Shown here one piece after another: positions 12,624 to 25,829 of a stretch of DNA of 64,000 bases. The DNA comes from Okamejei kenojei (taxonomy: Eukaryota), in assembly GCA_035221665.1 (NCBI GenBank), contig CM069149.1, forward strand, positions 40,424,001-40,488,000, written 5' to 3'. The notes below the pieces were generated by a model, which made no database searches, was not told the origin of the DNA, and worked only from the letters and a program-made list of their open reading frames with translations. The position numbers and the translations under genes are program-made. The stretch's first letter is position 1. Each line of letters opens with the position of its first letter.

Positions 12624-13373
12624 TTAAACCAAGTGGGACCCGTTGGGCCCTGTTCCCCCAACGCTATATTCCACCACTCACCCACAGACCCCCACTGCGC
12701 AGGCGCAGCTGACGGGTTCCCGTTGTGACACCAGAGTTCCCCATTATGGAGTGAGTCACAGCAACTCTCCCCAACTGCGCCTCGCCGTCTCTCTTCCTAC
12801 CCCTATCCTCTTCCATTCCCCCTCATCCCCCAGCACTCACTCCCCCTCCTATTCACTCTCGCTCTTATTTCCCCTCTCCTCTCCCCCCTCCCCCACTCCC
12901 TCCTTCACCTCTCCCTCACTCTCCTTTCCCCTACCCTCAGTCACTCCCTCCCTCCCTCCCTCCATCGCCTCCTTCCCTCCATAACCCCTCTCCCCTCCCT
13001 ACCACCTTCCTCTCCCTCTATCCCCCTGCTCCCCTACTCCTCACCTCCCCGCTATCCCCCTCAATGAAAATTGCGAAGTTTTTTTGGTAAATGAAACCCC
13101 CCCCCCCCCCAAGAATTTGAATAAAACGGAGTTTTATGTAAATGAGTATCGGGATCCCATTGTGATGTCATACGCTGCTAACGGGCAGTGCAAGTGGAAG
13201 TGATTTTTGTCAAAATGGTTTTTGTAAAGTTTATAATGTGAATAACTTATAAAATATGCAACCAATCTGAACGAAACTTGCCACAGCGCACCACAGGATA
13301 ATGGTGAGTAAGGTCGGCCAAAAATTGTAGCGCTATCATGTACAGTTTTGCTGTAAGTTCAGGATCACACTCA

Positions 13374-13437
<64 letters not shown>

Positions 13438-13504
13438 ACGCACACGCACACGCGCACGCACACATACAAACAAACAAGATGAGAGCTTTTGTAATATATA
13501 AAGA
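12624..13504 (-). mobile_element. Non-autonomous Helitron-like element
   Basis: On the - strand: A|TC start (ATCTTTATATATTACAAAAG), GTTT then (GT)n microsatellite near the 5' end, 3' GC hairpin GGGCCC-AAC-GGGTCCC (12635-12650), ending GGT-TTAA|T (degenerate CTAG). Inserted between A and T with no TSD. Confidence 0.7.
13376..13466. repeat. (CA)n/(CACG)n microsatellite inside the Helitron
   Basis: Direct inspection. Confidence 0.95.
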
Positions 13505-14098
13505 TAATTATTAATATATTTTTTAAATAAGTTACATTAAATTAATTTACCTAATTTTTTCTCCACATGAATAAAATAAAATATATCTGAACAGATGCAC
13601 TTTTCAAATATTGGCAGAGTTGGTTCATTTCTCACCTCTTCTTCCACCTGCATTAAAATGCGATAAACTGCAATTTGCTTGCTGATCAAGGAATACATAC
13701 TGGTGAAATTGAACATATTTCTCATTGGCCTAATTGAATTAAAGAAAATTAAATCATGCTTCTTTGCAGACAAAATCTCAATCTTAATCCATGTTTAGCA
13801 TTACCACAACATCACCCTGCTATACTGTGTGGCACGGGTTTACTCCGGGCGCTGCAGTCTCCCCCCTCCCCCCCCCAAAGACGTACAGGTTTGTAGGTTA
13901 ATTCGGTAAAATTGTGAATTGTCCCTCATGTGTAGGATGGTGCTGGGGTACGGGGTGATCGCTGGTCGGCGCTGACTCGGTGGGCTGAAGGACCTGTTTC
14001 CACACTGTACATCTAAAGTCTAAAGTAAAGTCTAAAGTGCAACGGATTGGTACAGATTTTGTTCTGAGTTTGATCAGTGAAATGCATTTTCTTTCCAG

Positions 14099-14280
14099 CA
14101 ATTCCTGGAAACTTCAAACTCATCCCTGGTTCTGCCAGCGGTAGATTGGAGGGCCATTAAATATCTAAAGGAAAATCTAACTTGGACCGAAATACACAAT
14201 GACTTTGATCATGAAATGGAACTGGAAATGGATCCTTCAAAACCAAACCTGTTTGTAGTAAAGTTGGCACCTGTTGATCG
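14099..14280 (+). CDS. ATP6AP1-like: ATP6AP1-like exon 4
   Basis: ttccag|CAA...CG|gtacgt; QFLETSNSSLVLPAVDWRAIKYLKENL...LFVVKLAPVD. Confidence 0.93.
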
Positions 14281-14682
14281 GTACGTGTTATAATAATTCA
14301 CCTTATCTGAATGATACATTCATATCCACTTATCAAATTAAATGAAGTGTCTGGCTAATACTGTTATAGACTTATTCCATGACTTCACACCTTTCATTAT
14401 CACTGAAACTAAGTGTTGTGCCATCAAATAAACTTGTACATTGCTGAATTCCAAGATGTTGAACTGAATGGAAATGATGCAATTTATAATTTTTTATCTG
14501 ATTCCAGTTTTTGATCAACAATAACAGATAACATTGGAAAACTTCAATCCTGAAAAAGCAATCCCATAGTCAATAGGATTCCCTACATTAACCTTTAATT
14601 TTAATCTCAATACAATCATCTGATGCTGTAAGTCTTATTTCTGAAGATAACTATCCAAAAATGTTTACAATATACCCCCAAA

Positions 14683-14972
14683 ACGGTGGTGCGGCAGTGG
14701 AGTTGCTGCCTTACAGCGAATGCAGTGCCGGAGACCCGGGTTCGATCCCGACTATGGGTGCTGTGTGTATGGAGTTTGTACGTTCTCCCCGTGACCTGCG
14801 TGGGTTTTCTCCGACATCTTCGGTTTCCTCCCACACTCCAAAGACGTATAGGTTTGTAGGTTAATTGGCTTTGTAACTGTAAAAATTGTCCCTAGTGTGT
14901 GTAGGATAGTGTTAATGTGCGGGGATCATTGGTGGGCTGAAGGGCCTGTTTCCATGCTGTATCTCTAAACAA
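14683..14972 (+). mobile_element. tRNA-derived V-SINE (HE1-like), full length
   Basis: A box GGTGCGGCAGTGG, B box GGTTCGATCCC, V-domain GGAGTTTGTACGTTCTCCCCGTGACC, LINE-like tail GGGCCTGTTTCCATGCTGTATCTCTAAAC. Confidence 0.85.
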
Positions 14973-15519
14973 ACAAAACCAGAAAAAATACAAATATTTC
15001 CAGTATTCATATTCATCAGCCCGATACCAAAAATAAAATTATCCGCTGAGTTACTCCAGCGCTTTGGGTCTTTTTTTATAAATCAGCATCTGCAGTTCCT
15101 TGTATCTAAAATAATCACTGTTCCTTTACACATTTTCAAGTGGATAGGTTCATTCTTTGCTGTTAATGATGCTGTTTTTTCAAAAAAAGATGATAATGAT
15201 TATGTTGGTTTTAAGACTTTCATTCCTCCTGGTAAAATTAATGAGGGCCTTCTCAGTAGATGTTTCCTTAGCTGCACTGATCAATTATCACACTTTGTAA
15301 TTTGATGCTGCACTCCTGTGATAAACTGCCTGGTTTTTCAGAGCTACTGCATCCTTTAAACAGCTCGTGAATCAGTTGTTTTTCTCCCTCCATTCACCCA
15401 CTCGTGTTCAGTCGCATTCCTTTAAATACGACTGATTTTTCGTGTTGATTATATCATCCCCACTTGACAAACTCGAATGTTGCTCATTATTAACTAACAA
15501 ATGAAATGTTTAATTTTTT

Positions 15520-15817
15520 TAGTTTAGAGATAGAGTGCGGTAACTGGCCCTTTGGCCCACCGGGTCCGCACCGACCAGCGATCCCCGCACACTGACACTA
15601 TCCCACACACACTAGAGACAATTTTACATTTATACCAAAAAAGCCAATTAACATACAAACGTGTACATCTTTGGTGTGTGGGAGGAAACTGAAGAAAACC
15701 CACACAGGTCACAGGGAGAACGTGTAAACTCCGTTCAGAAAAGCACCCGTAGTCAGGATCGAACCTGGGTCTCTGGCTCTGTAAGGCAGTAGCTCTCCCG
15801 TTGTGCCACCGTGCCGT
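15520..15817 (-). mobile_element. tRNA-derived V-SINE
   Basis: Reverse complement of the same SINE consensus. Confidence 0.85.
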
Positions 15818-17495
15818 CTTGATGCCTGAGCGGTTTATTTTAATGTGCACAATGATGTCCTGTTACTTACATCGAACCAAATATATTTAGCAAAGAAGTA
15901 CAATAATAACATTTGAATGATGAAAAGGACAGGTATTTGGATAGGATAGTTTTGGAGTGATACCGGCCAAACCCTGACAATTTCCTTAGTCAGAGGGTGG
16001 TGAATCTGTGGAAGTTCTTGCCACTGAAGGCTGTGGAGGACAAGTCGATGGATATTTCGGATGGAGGAGATAGACAGATTCTTGATTAGTACAGATGAAT
16101 TATCATTAAAGTTTAATGTTTTATGTGTCATTCCTAACTGTCACTGCATGTCATGTCATTACTTGCAGGTGGAGCACCAAGGCAAATTACTTGTATGTGA
16201 ATACTTGGCCAATAAACGTATTAATTAATTCATTAATGTCACGGGTTATGGAGAGAAGGCGGGAGAATGGGGTTGAGACGGAAAGATAGATTAGCCATGA
16301 TTGAATGGCGGTGTGGATTTGTTGGGTCAAATGACCTAATTCTGCTCGCATAACTTATGAATCTATGAAATGAATTGAGCTTAGATTGGGATAAGTATGG
16401 GGATGAGTATAGATGAGTTGGGCAGAAGGGCCTGTTTCTGTGCTGTATAACTCTATGATTATGACAAACGTACATCTTTCTGAAGAAGGGCTGTTACAGA
16501 TGTTCCCCCCCATGTTATATCAGTTAGGGGATGGGATAGTCTAGTATCAGTTAATTGTGCACTATTACCATGTTTAATAAAGATGTTATTCAGAATCCTC
16601 TTCTGAACTGTAAAAAAACCAAGACCTTTCTAATATTTGCATCCTATAAATAATTTATTTATTTTAGTTCTGAAAATGTAAACATAGAAAGTTCAGCTTT
16701 TAAAATCACAAAGAGAACATTTCATTCCACACTCATTGCATTTCATCTCGTAACTGTATCCATGTTTGTGTTTACAGCTACTGTGAGACGCAGCATTCAA
16801 TTAAAAATATCCCAGGGAAACGTTGAAATATTGCGCTTTATATTACTTGAGATGTTTCCTATTGAAAATGAATCATGAGTTCATAGAAATACATCTATGC
16901 AATTGACAGGTGTCTATTGGTGCAAAATCTAACTATGTCAGTTCGTAGAAACACATGTTTAATACTCCATTGATATAGGAGAACATTGGATTTATAAACT
17001 TTCGTAATGTGTTCTGGGAATTACCAGACTGGTATGTTGGAATCTGCAACTGCACCTTGGAGGGAGTGATAGAAATGGGAATCCCAGTGCATTCCAAGCT
17101 GAATTTTCTCATTACAAAATGCAGCTAAATCAAAAAAACCTGCAACAGTCCTTCATCGGAAAGATGTATGCTTAAGTGTTACTCAGAGAGTTTTACAGCA
17201 CGGAAAGCAGGCTCTTCTGCCCAATATGTACCACATTCCATTTTATATTATATCATGAGTGTCATAGCAACGTAGACAGCCAGAACCTTTTTTTCCCCAG
17301 GGTGGAAATGCCTAAGACTGGGGCACAGGTTTAAGGTGAGAGGGGCAAAATTTAACAGAGACGTATGCCCAAAGGAGCAGTGGGTGCCAGGCACACACTT
17401 CCAGGAGTGGTGATGGAGGCTGATATGATATTTAAAAGGCTTTTAGTTAGGCACATGGATGTGCAGGGGAATGGAGGGATCTGGATCACATATTC

Positions 17496-17803
17496 GGGCG
17501 GCACAGTGGCGCAGTGGTAGAGTTGCTGCCTTGCAGCGCTGGAGACCCGGGTTCGATCCTGACTACGGGCGCTGTCTGTACGGAGTTTGTACGTTCTCCC
17601 CGTGACCGGGTGGGTTTTCTCCGAGATCTTCGGTGCCCTCCCACACTCCAAAGACGTGCAGGTTTCTAGGTGAATTGGCTTGGTGTGAGTGTAAATTGTC
17701 CCCTGTGTGGGTAGGATGGTGTTAATGTGCGGGGATCGCTGGTCGGTGCGGACTCGATGGAGGCCTGTTTCCGTGCTGTATCTCTAAACTAAACTAAACT
17801 AAA
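17496..17803 (+). mobile_element. tRNA-derived V-SINE, full length; about 25 further copies or fragments across the window (e.g. 24695, 27725, 34127, 36432, 37370, 38945, 41720, 44985, 47430, 49590, 54906, 58150, 58885, 63540)
   Basis: GGCGGCACAGTGGCGCAGTGGTAGAGTTGCTGCC...GGTTCGATCC...V-domain...(CTAAA)n tail. Confidence 0.88.
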
Positions 17804-18024
17804 CATGCAGGCAGAAATTAGTTTAATCTAACATCATTTTTGGCATGTCCTGTACTGCCCTATGGTTTATGTTTATGATCAACTTAATTATTTGTCTTTG
17901 TTGCTAAATTACAGGTGTTACTTACAATTATAAACTCTCAACTCAATGCAGTATCCAAAATGTCATGTCAAAAATATTTGCATGCTGCACAACTTGTTCT
18001 ATATCTCTCTACATTTATATTATT

Positions 18025-18562
18025 TTGAGTATTGTGTTCAGTTCTGGGCACCATGTTATAGGAAATATGTTGTCAAGCTGGAAAGGGTACAGAGAAGGTT
18101 CACAAGAATGTTGCCAGGACTGGAGTGTCTGAGCTACAGGGAGAGGTTGAGTAGACTGGGACTCTATTCCTTGGAGCGCAGGAGGATGAGGGGTGATCTT
18201 ATAGAGGTGTACAAAATCATGAGAGGAATTGATCGGGTAGATGCACAGAGCCTCTTGCCCAGAGTAGGTGAATAAAGGACCAGAGGACATAGGTTTAAGG
18301 TGACATGGAAAAGATTTAATAGGAATCTGATGGTTCACTTTTTCACACAAAGGGTGGTAGGTGTATGGAACAAGCTGCCGGTGGGGGTTGTTGAGGCTGG
18401 GACTACCCCAACATTTAAGAAACTGTTAGACAGGTACATGGACAGGACAGGTTTGGATGGATATGGACCAAATGCAGGCAGGTGGGACCAAGTGTAGCTG
18501 GTACATTTTAGCCGGTGGGGGCAAATTGGGCCAAAGGGCCCGTTTCCACGCTGTATGACTCT
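18025..18562 (+). mobile_element. CR1/HER1-type LINE 3' fragment
   Basis: EYCVQFWAPCYRKYVVKLERVQRRFTRMLPGL...LYSLERRRMRGDLIEVYKIM. Confidence 0.9.
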
Positions 18563-18963
18563 ACATCACCATCTATATCTCTCGGTTCCCTTTCCCCCCA
18601 CTCTCAGTGTGAAGAAGGGTCGCGACCCGAAACGTCACCCATCCCTGCTCTCCAGAGATGCTGCCTGTCCCGCTGAGTTACTCCAGCCTATCTTCGGTTT
18701 AAACCAGCATCTGCAGTTCCTTCCTACACATAGATTCATTGAAAGCTTGGCTTGCAGCATGGTCGAATTAATTCTTCATCCTCACTCTAATAAAAAAACG
18801 AAATGATCTTGTTATTTACATTTCTCGTGGTATGGCGAAGATTTAGATATTGGTTTAAATATGCAAAAAAAAAAGTGTCATTTCGTGAACAATATATATT
18901 AGTTTTGTTTAAGATTGCCACTCAAGATTAAAAAAAAGTCATTTGTCTCTATCTTATGAACAG

Positions 18964-19004
18964 CACGATTAATGTCAAAATGGCACAGAGTCTGAGCAAC
19001 AACG
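18964..19004 (+). CDS. ATP6AP1-like: ATP6AP1-like exon 5 (41 nt)
   Basis: aacag|C...G|gtaaga; (R)TINVKMAQSLSNN(D). Phase 2 to 1 bridges exons 4 and 6 exactly. Confidence 0.85.
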
Positions 19005-19668
19005 GTAAGACTGATTTTGATGTTACGTTTTTTTTTGGCTAAGACGAAACTTACTGTCGTTGCCCACCCAGTAGGTTTGATAGATCAATATTCTATGGAG
19101 CATTATAAACATTGTACATTTGAAGCTGGATGAAATGCTTTGGTTTAGATATTGAATTACGTGCTGCTGTTTTTGCGTAGCTCGTGCTTAAATGGGAGTC
19201 ATTTGCAAAGGTAAATTGGGGATATAAATGTGAATATTATAAAGTTAATAATGTTCTTCCATGCTTCTATTGTGCTAATGCCTGATACAATTGGTGTATA
19301 TATGCACCTGAATTATATTTGTGATTATTTATCTCATATATTTGTGGCCAATGAACAGATTCAACCGTAAAAGCATTCATTGTGCTTGTGAGATCTATTT
19401 TAATAGACTTACAATGCTTGAAAACTAAATTGGATCGAGTCATAGAATCATACAGGGTGGAAACAGGCCTCCTTGGCCCAACTTGCCCGCTCTGGCCAAC
19501 ATGTCCCATCTACACCAGTCACACCTGTCTGTGTTTGGCCCATATCCATCCAAACCTGTCCTACCCATGTACCTGTCTAACTGTTTCTTAAACGTTGGGA
19601 TAGTGCCTTACAGTGATGGAGATGGGAGGCCTTATAGTGAAATACTTACCTAGTACTGATGTTTTTAT

Positions 19669-19850
19669 GTTTAAGAAGGAAACTGCAGATGCTGGAAAAT
19701 CGAAGGTAGACAAAAGTGCTGGAGAAACTCAGCGGGTGCAGCAGCATCTATGGAGCGAAGGAAATAGGCAACGTCTCGTCAGACTGCCTATTTCCTTCGC
19801 TCCATAGATACTGCTGCACCCGCTGAGTTTCTCCAGCACTTTTGTCTACC
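19669..19850. mobile_element. Fold-back (inverted) Penelope terminal-repeat element with target-site duplication
   Basis: Arms of about 65 bp GGTAGACAAAAGTGCTGGAGAAACTCAGCGGGTGCAGCAGCATCTATGGAGCGAAGGAAATAGGCA and its reverse complement; TGATGTTT duplicated at 19657 and 19853. Confidence 0.8.
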
Positions 19851-20034
19851 ATTGATGTTTCTATCATTTGAGCTCCCTAACCTTGTTGTGACCCTAAGCT
19901 ACTTACCCATTCTCACCTGATAGCCATGTGAGCATGTCCACTCACCCCGCCCTTCTCCATTCATACAATCCCTCACCTGATCCATCTAGTGATATGCTAT
20001 TCATCCTTCCACCTATTTGCTTTCTGAATACCTA

Positions 20035-20552
20035 CCCTATCTGAGGAAGGATGTGCTGGCTCTGGAGAGGGTCCAGAGGGAGGTTTACAAGAATGATCCC
20101 AGGAATGAGTAGGTTAACCTATAATGAGCGTTTGTCGGCACTGGGCCTGTACTCGCTGGAGTTTAGAAGAAAGATGGGGGACCTCATTGAAACATACAGA
20201 ATAGTCAAAGGCGTAGATAGAGTTTCCATTAGTGGGAGAGTCTGCGACTCGAGGTCATAGCCTTAGAATTAAAAGACATTCTTTTAGGAAGGAGATGAGG
20301 AGGAATTTCTTTAATCAGAGGGTGGTGAATCTGTGGAATTCTTTGCCTCAGAAAGCTGTGGAGGCCAAATCAGTGGAAATTGTTAAGGTAGAGATAGATA
20401 GATTCTTGATTAGCACAGGTGTCAGAGGTTATGGGGAGAAGGCAGGGGAATGGGGTTAGTAGGGAGAGATAGATCAGCCATGCTTCAATGGCAGAGTAGA
20501 TTTGATGGGCCAAATGGCCTAATTCTACTCCTATTCCTTTGACCTTATGACC
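20035..20552 (+). mobile_element. CR1/HER1-type LINE 3' fragment
   Basis: FTRMIPGMSRLTYNERLSALGLYSLEFRR...RGHSLRI...NFFNQRVVNLWNSLPQ. Confidence 0.88.
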
Positions 20553-21437
20553 TCAATAATCTGCCTCTCATAACCTACACTGACAAAGGGCCTTCGTCCT
20601 GAAGTGTGACAAAGAATCTATGACCTGGAATGTTTCCTCTGTCCATGGATCCTGCCTGACCTGGTGTGTGAGTGAACAGGATTTTCTGTGATTATTTCAG
20701 AATTTCAGCATCTGCAGTTTTGCCTTTTTGGATTTTCTTTCCGACACTGATCCCTTCCCAACCCAACACCTGATCTCCTCCAACATGCCATTGGATCCAC
20801 ATTTGAAAACCGTGATTTTCGCTTCTCACCCCCAAGGTTCAGAACTTGTTTCTCATCCTACCTATATTCTGAATCTCTCTCCGCCATGACACCCCCCTTT
20901 CCCAGTCATAGACCAAGATGCACCTGATTTTACAATCTGCAGTGGATTATGGCTTGTGTGCCAACCACTTTGAGCCGTGCCACACAGAAACAGGCCCTTT
21001 GGCCCAACTCATCCATGCTAACCAAAAAGCCGCATCTTGCCCACATTTGGCCCATATCCTCTAAACCTATCCTAACCATTGTACCTGTCCAAGTGAATAC
21101 AACCACCTCAACTATCTCCCCTGGCAGAAGATGGACACAAAATGCTGGAGTAACTTAGTGGGTCAAGCAGCATCTCTGGAGAAAAAGCGTATGTGACATT
21201 TCAAGTTGGAACCCTTCTTCAGTTTGAAGATTGTATGAAGAACGGGTTCCAGCCCAAAATGTCACCTACTCCGTTTCTCCAGAGATGCTGCCCGACCCGC
21301 TGAGAGGCTCCGGCATTTTGTGTCTATCTTCGGTGTAAACCAGCATCTGCTATTCATTCCTACACATATCTCCTCTGGCAGCTCGTTGCATGTGCCCACC
21401 ACATGTGCCCAGCACCCTCTGAGTGAACACGTATTGT

Positions 21438-22428
21438 CAGGTCCGGCCTTAAGCCAATTGGACCAATTGCTCCCAATTGGGCCCCGCGCTAGAGTAATCT
21501 ACTCTCGGCTTGGGTAGATCTACCCTGGGTGGAAGGGGGAGAGACGGGTGGAGAGAGAATAGAGGGGTAGAGGGGTAACAAAGGGGTAGACAGGGAGGTG
21601 GGTGGGGAAGGGGGAGGTGGATCGTTCCCTCACGGTCCACTCCAGTCGCCGTGCTTCACGCACACACCCCTGGCTCCCTCCCTCTCTCTAAGTTAATTAG
21701 AGAGGTAATTCAAGAGCTCTCCCGAGTTTAAAAATAAATCAAACTCGTGGTAACCACGTAAATGTACGTAGCAGGTACGTCGGAACTCGGGACATCTCTT
21801 AGCTGCTCGTAACACTAACGGCAGGTACTCGGGAAAAGTGGTAAGCTCGTGAAGACTCGTGAAGATTTTTCAACATGTTGAAAAATGTCCACGAGAGCCC
21901 CGAGTACCTACGAGCGGCCATTACCGTAATTCTCCGAGTTCGAATCAGGGGAAACTCGGGAGAACTCTTGAATTAGCTCGTACAGTGGGACAGCCACTTT
22001 AGGATGGGATAGAAGCACAAAGGGTAGGATGGGGCTGAAGCCCAAAATTTAATGCCTGGACTGGTTTTTCACCAATGGTTATTGGTTTTCCAGGATCTAG
22101 TTAATTAAATTACTTTTTTTTTCATTTCACAGTCACTAAACAAGTGGTATTGAAACTATGTACTTTTCAGAGGTGATCTACACATTTGTTACTTCTAGGC
22201 TTACATGTGTGCAATTTTATATTAAAATGTAGCTTAGATTTGTTTGGTCCATTAACTCGCAGGCACTTTTTAAGCACACATTTTGATTACTTTCCATTCC
22301 ACCATAGAGATATAAAGTCTATAATAGACATTATTTGTATTTCTATGCTTCTACAGACCTTGACTGGGAACCTGGGGCTCACCAAAATTGTTCCCAATTG
22401 GACCCCGCACCTCCTAAGGCCGGCCCTG
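21438..22428. mobile_element. Non-autonomous hAT-type element
   Basis: TIRs CAGGTCCGGCCTTAAG and CCTAAGGCCGGCCCTG; 8-bp TSD CGTATTGT (21430-37) / CATATTGT (22429-36); subterminal CCAATTGG repeats at both ends. Confidence 0.85.
21702..21998. mobile_element. PIF/Harbinger-like MITE (left TIR truncated) nested in the hAT element
   Basis: GAGGTAATTCAAGAGCTCTCCCGAGTTT is inverted at about 21953-21980; right end GTGGGACAGCCAC followed by TTTA. Confidence 0.7.
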
Positions 22429-23191
22429 CATATTGTTCCTTTAGAGGTTCCCTTTAATTTCTGGACAGTGGCCTTGTCTGTGGAAGACAGGAGATCAGTG
22501 TTATTAATGGAGATTAGGAACCGATTAATATTGCAGATCATGACAATATGCATAACCTTCCATCAAGATATGAAATTGATAAGATGGGGTAGATTATGAA
22601 AAAAGCGGGCTTGAAATGCTTTATTGTGTTCTTAAACAGCAGTGTGTTCATATCCCTAATGACACCTCACATTTAACAGCCTTCTTCCCATTAAGATGCC
22701 CATTAAAAAACAAGCTAAGTGATATTTTAAAAATTAATCTGTTCAACAGCTGTCTTGGGAGTGCTCTCCTGCGTATGTTTATGATTTAGAAAACCAATGA
22801 TTAGATGTTAAGGTTTGCATCAAAGAAACGATGAACTAAAATAAAATTGAACCAGCAGGTTTGGAATGGAAATGAAGCTGGATATTTTCAGTGCCTTGTC
22901 ACACTGCATCTTTAATTACTTTTGTCACAGTTTAGACTTTACTTTAGAGGCACAGCACGCCAACAAGCCCTTCGGCCCTACGAGTCCGTGTCGACCAGCA
23001 ATCGCCCCGTACACTAGCACTATCCTGCATGCTAGGGAGAATTTACAATTTTACCGAAGCCAATTAACCTACAAATCTGTACATCTTCGGAGTGTGGGAG
23101 GAACCCGGAGAAAGCCCATGTGGTCACAGGGAGAATGTACAAATTCTGTGCAGACAGCAGCTGTAGACAGGATCAAACCCAGGCGCTGTAA

Positions 23192-23498
23192 TGCCCCTGT
23201 CCCACTTAGGAAAGCTGAACGGAAACCTCTGGAGACTTTGCGCCCCACCCAAGGTTTCCGTGCAGTTCCCGGAGGTTTTTGTCCTTCGGCAACCACCTTC
23301 AACTAGCATCGCAACCGGCTTCGACTAAAAAATTACCGATTTTAAAAACGGAAACCACTTTTAGACCATTAGGGAGACTAACAAAAACCTCCGGGAACCT
23401 CCGGGAACCGCACGGAAAGCTTGGGTGGGGCGCAAAGTCTCCAGAGGTTTCCGTTCAGGTTTCCTAGGTGCGACAGGGCTGCAGGTGGGACAGGGGCA
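23192..23498. mobile_element. PIF/Harbinger-like MITE inserted into a V-SINE
   Basis: TIR TGCCCCTGTCCCAC and long inner inverted arms; TAA TSD at 23189-91 and 23499-501. Removing it restores the SINE sequence CTGTAAGGCAGC. Confidence 0.88.
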
Positions 23499-25456
23499 TA
23501 AGGCAGCAACTCTACCTCTGCAGCACACTGCCGCCCCAGTTTTAATATGGCCTGGGCGTTAAACTTTACCGAGTTTCTCAGGAACACCAATGTTCTTTCA
23601 AAAGGAAAGAAGTCAATGCTGAAATGTGTTTAACTCAGTGCAAATTATTTTAAGGTTAAATACTAACTGTAGATAATTATTTCTTCACAATGCAAACACT
23701 TAGCAACATCTTACACTCTGAAGTTAAATAGGTGAACTATTTCCCGCCAAAGATTATATTATCCACTTTTATAAATAACTTGTAAATCACCATTATTGTT
23801 CCACGATACCTTAGAAATGTGTTTTGTTCTTATTTGGAGACTGTGGGAATGATTTAAGCACTTGCTGGAACTGATCCTAACTGGTCATAACTGGTAGCCT
23901 ACAGGTTACATCTGAGTTGGGTTTTTGTATGCATTCCAGTTCAATTAATAATTATAAAGTCAGAGAGATTGTAATTGTAATTAATTTATTAGTCAAGTAT
24001 GCGAAACATACAAATAATTTGATTTGCCATACAGCCATACCAAAATAGCACCAAGACACACAACTACATAAAAATCAACATAAACATCCACCACAGTGCA
24101 CTGTGATGGAAGGCAATAATGTATTATCTTCATACCTCCATTTCTCCCGTGGTCGGGGCCATCAAAGCTCCCGCAGTCGGGCCATCGAAGATCTGGCGAT
24201 CGGGGAGGTCAACGCTCCTGCAGTTGGAGCTCCCGAAGTCGATCCCTAACCAAGGGTCCGCGAGCTCCATGATGTTAAGTCTGCAGGCTCCTGGATACAG
24301 CACGGAAACAAACCCTTTGGCCACACGGTCCAGGGCAACCATCACCCATCCATTTACACTGACTGTGCATGAAACCTAACAATTTGTCCCACTCTCCCTA
24401 CTATAATCAGACTGAATAAGTTCCCGACCCGAGATGTCACTTGTACAGAGATGCTGCCTGACCTGCAGAGTTCCTCCAGCGTTGTGTGTCTATCTTTTGC
24501 ATGAATCCTATATTTTTCTTTATTCTCCCCACATTCTTATCACCCCTGCCTCCTATTGTACCACTCGCCTGCACATGTTTTTACTAAAGTGGTAACCTTC
24601 ATGTCAAGACTAATGATGTGGATATAGAAGATCAATTCTCTTAATAAGCTGATAATTCATAACCTAGCATATTTAAATATATTCCTAGCCATGGCGGCAT
24701 GATAGCACATTAGTACAGTTGCTGCCTTACAGCGCTTACAGTGCTAGGGACCCGGGTTCGATCCTGACTACGGGTGCTGTCTGTGCAGAGTCTGTACGTT
24801 CTCCCTGTGACCATATGGATTTTCTCCGAGATCTTCGGTTTCCTCCCACACTCCAAAGACATACAGGTTTGTAGGTTAATTGGCTTGGTATAAATGTAAA
24901 ATTGTCCCTAGTGTGCGGAGGATAGTGTTAATGTGCGGGGATCGCTGGTCGGTGCGGACTCAGTGGGCCGAAGGACCTGTTTCAGTGCTGTATCTCTAAA
25001 CTAAACAATAATGATAATGATTTACAAGTCTGTTGCCAGTATGTTGTGTTTACTAATGGTATAAGAGCACTTAACTAACAAATGTATATGGAGAGAAATT
25101 CTCAAAACATTCAAAGCCCTTTAAACAAAGCATCGCCATCCAAACAATATATAACAAGACCATACAAAATGTATTATGATTCAAATATAAAAATTCAAAT
25201 GCAGCATTGAGCATGTTACTGAATAATTTCTCAAGTTTGAAGCTCATTTTAGTCTGTGGTCAAATCCATTAATCTAACGACACACTACGAAAATAGTGCC
25301 GCAATAAATAGTATATTTATTCAGTAACAGCCAGGATTTATTTCCCTCATTTCACCAAAGCAAATGCAGTTTGATTGTGTTCGGGTCAACTGACCTATTT
25401 TTGTTTTAAATTGTGTATGTTTTGAACCTCGTATATCATTTGAATCCCATTTCTAG

Positions 25457-25542
25457 ATAAGGTAATCGGGGAGATAACTAATACTTTGATACGGAAAGGA
25501 GTGCAATTTTCTGCTATTTACACAGCTTCGAGACCTTCTGTG
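25457..25542 (+). CDS. ATP6AP1-like: ATP6AP1-like exon 6
   Basis: ttctag|AT...GTG|gtgagt; DKVIGEITNTLIRKGVQFSAIYTASRPSV (Ac45 DEVIGQVL...YTAALTAVRPSR). Confidence 0.92.
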
Positions 25543-25829
25543 GTGAGTAATGACACGAAATACAGATTTCCGAGTTCCACTTATGCGAGGAAATGCATCC
25601 AGATTTTCTCTCTGCCCATTGGGCCATCCGTGGCTAATGTGGACTTTATCAGATACAAAAGGTTTCTTCTTCATGTTCCATTGAATTATTTAGATGTTAT
25701 CAGTGCCTCTTTAAAACGATGTCTCTTGTTTTCTTGTTTTCCTTGCAAACTTAATGGTAACCCGTTTAAGCTTTGGATCCCAGAGAGGTGGGAGTGGAAC
25801 AGAGGATTAAGCAGTAGCAAGTTATTAGT

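Noticed and set aside
17496-17570. tRNA gene
   Set aside because: A and B boxes belong to a SINE head repeated dozens of times; no complete cloverleaf.
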